From positions 9,097 to 73,096 of the forward strand of contig JBPCON010000051.1 in assembly GCA_051000215.1 (NCBI GenBank): a DNA stretch of 64,000 nucleotides, written 5' to 3'. Numbering within the stretch: the first letter of the stretch is position 1; every line of letters begins with the position of its first letter. This DNA comes from Acidimicrobiales bacterium. GTDB taxonomy: Bacteria; Actinomycetota; Acidimicrobiia; Acidimicrobiales; JACDCH01. The translations under genes were made by a program, and so were the position numbers. The notes beneath the pieces are model-generated. The model saw only the letters and a list, made by a program, of their open reading frames with translations, had not been told where the DNA came from and did not search any database. Below are positions 61,158-64,000 of this stretch, piece by piece.

Positions 61158-61790
61158 TCAGCTCGCCCGGATGGCGCCAGAGTTGTCGGCCAGCTCTCGA
61201 GTCGAGATGACCTCGTCAACGATGCCGTACGCCTTGGCCTCCATGGCCTCGAGCACGAAGTCGCGATCGGTGTCCTTCGCGATTCTCTCCACGGGCTGGC
61301 CGGTGTGATCGGAGAGGATCTGGTTCAAGAGGTCGCGCATGCGCAGGATCTCCTTCGCCTGGATCTCGATGTCGGTGGCCTGGCCCCCGCCGCTCCCCCA
61401 CGGCTGGTGCAGCAAGATGCGCGAGTGCGGCAACGCGAGGCGTTTGCCCGGTGCACCGGCAGCGAGCAGCACAGCGGCGGCCGAAGCGGCTTGCCCGAAG
61501 CAGATCGTGGCGATGTCGGGCTTGATGTACTGGATGGTGTCGTAGATCGCGAACAGCGCGGTGATGTCGCCACCCGGGCTGTTGATGTAGATGTTGATGT
61601 CCTTGTCGGGGTTCTCCGACTCGAGGTGCAGCAGTTGGGCGCAGACCAGGTTGGCGATCGTGTCGTCGATCGGCGTCCCGAGGAAGATGATGTGCTCCTT
61701 GAGGAGCCGGCTGTAGAGGTCGTAGCTCCGCTCACCGCGATTCGTCTGCTCGACGACCATCGGCACCATGTAGTTGTACGCGGGCTCCAT
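61158..61790 (-). CDS. clpP: ATP-dependent Clp protease proteolytic subunit ClpP
   Basis: [36 protein letters not shown], the catalytic Ser context GQAASAA, and His in LLHQP. ATG at 61790 is preceded by GAGGAG; alternative in-frame ATGs lie at 61769 and 61760. Confidence 0.93.
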   Translation of the reverse strand: MEPAYNYMVPMVVEQTNRGERSYDLYSRLLKEHIIFLGTPIDDTIANLVCAQLLHLESENPDKDINIYINSPGGDITALFAIYDTIQYIKPDIATICFGQAASAAAVLLAAGAPGKRLALPHSRILLHQPWGSGGGQATDIEIQAKEILRMRDLLNQILSDHTGQPVERIAKDTDRDFVLEAMEAKAYGIVDEVISTRELADNSGAIRAS

Positions 61791-63231
61791 CAGGGTTCGT
61801 CTCCTCTTCGGCTTGGTCGGTTGCGGGAACGTCGTCGTCGGCGGGCTCGGCTTCGCGCTCCTCGGCCATGAGCGCTGCCTCGATCAGCTCGTCTTCGTCG
61901 AGCTCGTCATCGTCGGCATCGGGCAGGGCGAGGGCGGCGCGGTCGATCGGTTGGCCGTCCTCGTCGACCAGCTCGACCTGCTCCGCGAGCCAGTCGACCG
62001 CCTTGCGTTTTCGTACGTCGGAGCGTACCGCCTGCATCTGCTCGGCGCGTTCCAGCTCCTTGCGAACCTTCTCGGGTTTCTGCTCGACCCGTGCCGCGAG
62101 TGCGCCGATCTCCGCATCGAGATCGTCGTCGTCGCATTCGATGCCCTCGGCCTCAGCGAGCGCGCGCAGCGCCATGTCCGCCTTGACCGCTTGGACGGCC
62201 GATTCGCGCATCCCGGCGACCATCTCCTCTGCACTCTGGCCCGTCGCGGCCAAGTACTGCTCAGGGTTCACGCCTTGCGCGTTGAGCCGCATCGAGAGGT
62301 CCTGGAGACGGTTCTGCACCTCGGTGCTCACCATCGCCTCGGGAGCCTCCTCCTGGACCAGTTGCACGAGCGCGAGGACCGCCTTGTCGCGCATCGCCAT
62401 CTGGGCCTGGATCTTGCGAACCTTCGAGATGCGCTCGTTCAGGTCCGCGCGGAGCTCATCGACGGAGTCGAACTCCGAAACGTCGTTCGCCCAGGCGTCG
62501 TCGACCTCGGGGAGCATCTTTTCCTTGATGCTCTTGACGATGACCTCGAACTGCACCGCGTCCTCGTCGTCGCCCTCGGGCTGCGCGTCGAATCGCAGGA
62601 TGTCGCCGACCTTGGCCCCCCGGAGATTCTCGTCGAGCTCGGGCGCGACAGCGGCGCTGCCGAGCTCGTAGAGGTAGTCGTCGGCCTGCAGACCGGGGAG
62701 AACGTCGCCGTCGCGCGAGCCGGTGATCCCGATCGACACGTGGTCGCCGTCGTGCGCCGGGCGCTCGACGCTCGCCAACTCGGCGAACTGTTGGCGCAGC
62801 TTGTCGATCTGGATGTCGATCTCCTCATCGGTGGCCTCGATGCGGGGTAGCTCGACCCTCAGGCCCTCGTAGCCGCCGATCGTGATGACGGGGCGAACCT
62901 CGACCACTGCGTCGAAGGTGACGGGCCCGACCTCTTGCCCTTCGGTGATGTCGATCTCCGGCGCCGCGATGACGTCGACGTCGTGCTCCTTGACGGCCTG
63001 CACGTAGTACGACGGCAACGCCTCCCGCAACGCCTCCTCACGCCCGACCTCCGCGCCCAGCTTGGCCTCGAGCAGCCGCCGGGGGGCCTTCCCCGGTCGA
63101 AAGCCAGGCAGGCGAACTTCGCGAGCGATGCGCCGAAACGCGGCGTCGATGTCCTTTTCGAACTCCGCAGCTTCGACCTCGACCGAGAGCTTGACCTTGT
63201 TGCCCTCGAGGGGCTCGACGGTGGACCTCAC
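61732..63231 (-). CDS. tig: trigger factor
   Basis: [51 protein letters not shown] is the trigger factor N-terminal signature. The C-terminal tail is acidic. GTG start. Confidence 0.93.
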   Translation of the reverse strand: MRSTVEPLEGNKVKLSVEVEAAEFEKDIDAAFRRIAREVRLPGFRPGKAPRRLLEAKLGAEVGREEALREALPSYYVQAVKEHDVDVIAAPEIDITEGQEVGPVTFDAVVEVRPVITIGGYEGLRVELPRIEATDEEIDIQIDKLRQQFAELASVERPAHDGDHVSIGITGSRDGDVLPGLQADDYLYELGSAAVAPELDENLRGAKVGDILRFDAQPEGDDEDAVQFEVIVKSIKEKMLPEVDDAWANDVSEFDSVDELRADLNERISKVRKIQAQMAMRDKAVLALVQLVQEEAPEAMVSTEVQNRLQDLSMRLNAQGVNPEQYLAATGQSAEEMVAGMRESAVQAVKADMALRALAEAEGIECDDDDLDAEIGALAARVEQKPEKVRKELERAEQMQAVRSDVRKRKAVDWLAEQVELVDEDGQPIDRAALALPDADDDELDEDELIEAALMAEEREAEPADDDVPATDQAEEETNPDGARVQLHGADGRRADESR

Positions 63232-63291
63232 AGGGGCGGGAGTGTACCGGCGCCGATCTGCGCACCTGAACCACGTATCGTCCGACCCACA

Positions 63292-63363
63292 CGGGGAGTG
63301 GCGCAGTGGTAGCGCTCCAGCTTTGGGAGCTGGAGGTCGGGGGTTCGAATCCCCCCTCCCCGA
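63292..63363 (+). tRNA. tRNA-Pro (anticodon UGG)
   Basis: Hand-folded cloverleaf: acceptor CGGGGAG/CUCCCCG, anticodon loop UUUGGGA, T-arm GGGGG-UUCGAAU-CCCCC, discriminator A. Confidence 0.9.
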
Positions 63364-63447
63364 CGAGGGTCCACCACTACAGCGCTCGGAGCGACGACCA
63401 TTGGGTTGCCCGTTCGGCGCGGTCGCCCGTACCGTCGACAGCAGCGC

Positions 63448-63521
63448 GCGGGCGTAGCTCAGTGGTAGAGCACCTGCCTTCCAAGCAGGCTACGCGGGTC
63501 CGATTCCCGTCGCCCGCTCCA
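63448..63521 (+). tRNA. tRNA-Gly (anticodon UCC), CCA encoded, atypical T-loop (C55)
   Basis: Acceptor GCGGGCG/CGCCCGC, discriminator U73, anticodon loop CUUCCAA. The T-arm is GCGGG-UCCGAUU-CCCGU, so position 55 is C instead of the near-invariant U. Confidence 0.85.
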
Positions 63522-63543
63522 GATCCCGAAGGACCCGAGACCC

Positions 63544-64000
63544 CTGAAGAAGACGACAACGCTCCTCGGTGCAGCATTGATCCTGCTCATCGTCGGCGGG
63601 ATCACCTTGGCGATCTTGCAGCCGGGCAACCTCGCGGATGACACCAAGACGAACGAGTCCGCTTCGACGCCGACGACGAGGTCCGGCGCGTCCTCGAGCA
63701 CGACCTCGACGCTCATCGCGCTGCCTAGCACGACGGCCGCGTCGAGCGCGTCGGCGTCGAGCGCGTCCTCCTCGACTGCGTCGTCGTCAACTGCGACCTC
63801 GGGCATTCCGACCACGAGCACGGCGAGCACGATCGCGCCGCCGACCACTCAATCGGCAGGCGGCGGCCTCGGGCAGACGGGCTCGTCGAAGGCTGATGCG
63901 AACGGCGAGACGGCCAACACCGGCGGTGAATCCATGTTGGGGCTCGGGCTTTTGCTCAGCGCGCTCGCGCTAGCGGCGCACTACGCCCGCCGCCGCGCTC
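63544..64000 (+). CDS. Ser/Thr/Ala-rich secreted/surface protein with sorting-signal-like C-terminus (3' end beyond window; start codon uncertain, possibly CTG)
   Basis: The frame is open from 63544 to the window end with very high GC3. Translation: LKKTTTLLGAALILLIVGGITLAIL (signal/anchor), a long S/T/A-rich tract, then ETANTGGES-MLGLGLLLSALALAAHYA-RRRA. GAAGGA lies 10 nt upstream of the CTG at 63544, and the first in-frame TTG is at 63577. Not in the ORF track because it has no stop in the window. Confidence 0.5.
   Translation, partial: MKKTTTLLGAALILLIVGGITLAILQPGNLADDTKTNESASTPTTRSGASSSTTSTLIALPSTTAASSASASSASSSTASSSTATSGIPTTSTASTIAPPTTQSAGGGLGQTGSSKADANGETANTGGESMLGLGLLLSALALAAHYARRRA

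Noticed and set aside
63459-63848. 129-aa - strand ORF and the 63306-63641 + ORF
   Set aside because: They overlap the tRNA-Pro and tRNA-Gly genes and are antisense or out of frame to the better-supported Ser/Thr-rich + strand frame.

Overview
This is a high-GC, very gene-dense chromosomal core segment. I call about 60 protein genes and 3 tRNAs. I found no rRNA, CRISPR array, transposase or integrase.

Gene content and order look like an Actinomycetota-type genome:
- lepA-rpsT-holA-comEC-comEA, nadD-rsfS and obg-proB
- tig-clpP-clpX next to tRNA-Pro and tRNA-Gly
- PAC2, F420/LLM enzymes and a FolP2-type DHPS

The window also carries a complete mreBCD-mrdA-rodA elongasome. A deep actinobacterial lineage such as Acidimicrobiia is my guess (inference only).

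Many long ORFs in the six-frame track are antisense shadow ORFs typical of high-GC DNA, and I discarded them. Many real ORFs are 5'-over-extended in the track. I re-assigned their starts using conserved N-termini, 4-nt ATGA/GTGA/TTGA stop-start overlaps and SD-like motifs.

The - strand from 63231 down to 46882 is one long co-directional housekeeping block: tig, clpP, clpX, folC, ndk, mreBCD, mrdA, rodA, a radical-SAM pair, rne, rplU, rpmA.

The best candidate for an undescribed system is a + strand, tightly coupled seven-gene block at 35291-43341. It sits exactly between proA and proB and reads GNAT, TerB-like/AAA+ ATPase, TM-anchored PBP-like protein, PBP-VWA lipoprotein, 2TM coiled-coil protein, MurJ, PspA.

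Secondary points:
- a MoxR/CoxE-type VWA pair
- a FolP2-like DHPS paralog coupled to holA
- a stand-alone DUF4157-like HExxH mini-protein
- a cytoplasmic two-HKD PLD enzyme next to tRNA-Ala
- an uncharacterised radical-SAM/DUF2344 pair embedded between rodA and rne
- a duplicated aroG 3' end with alternative hairpins upstream of sir-cysH
- a tRNA-Gly with C at position 55
- a probable CTG-initiated Ser/Thr-rich surface protein with a sorting-signal-like C-terminus at the window edge
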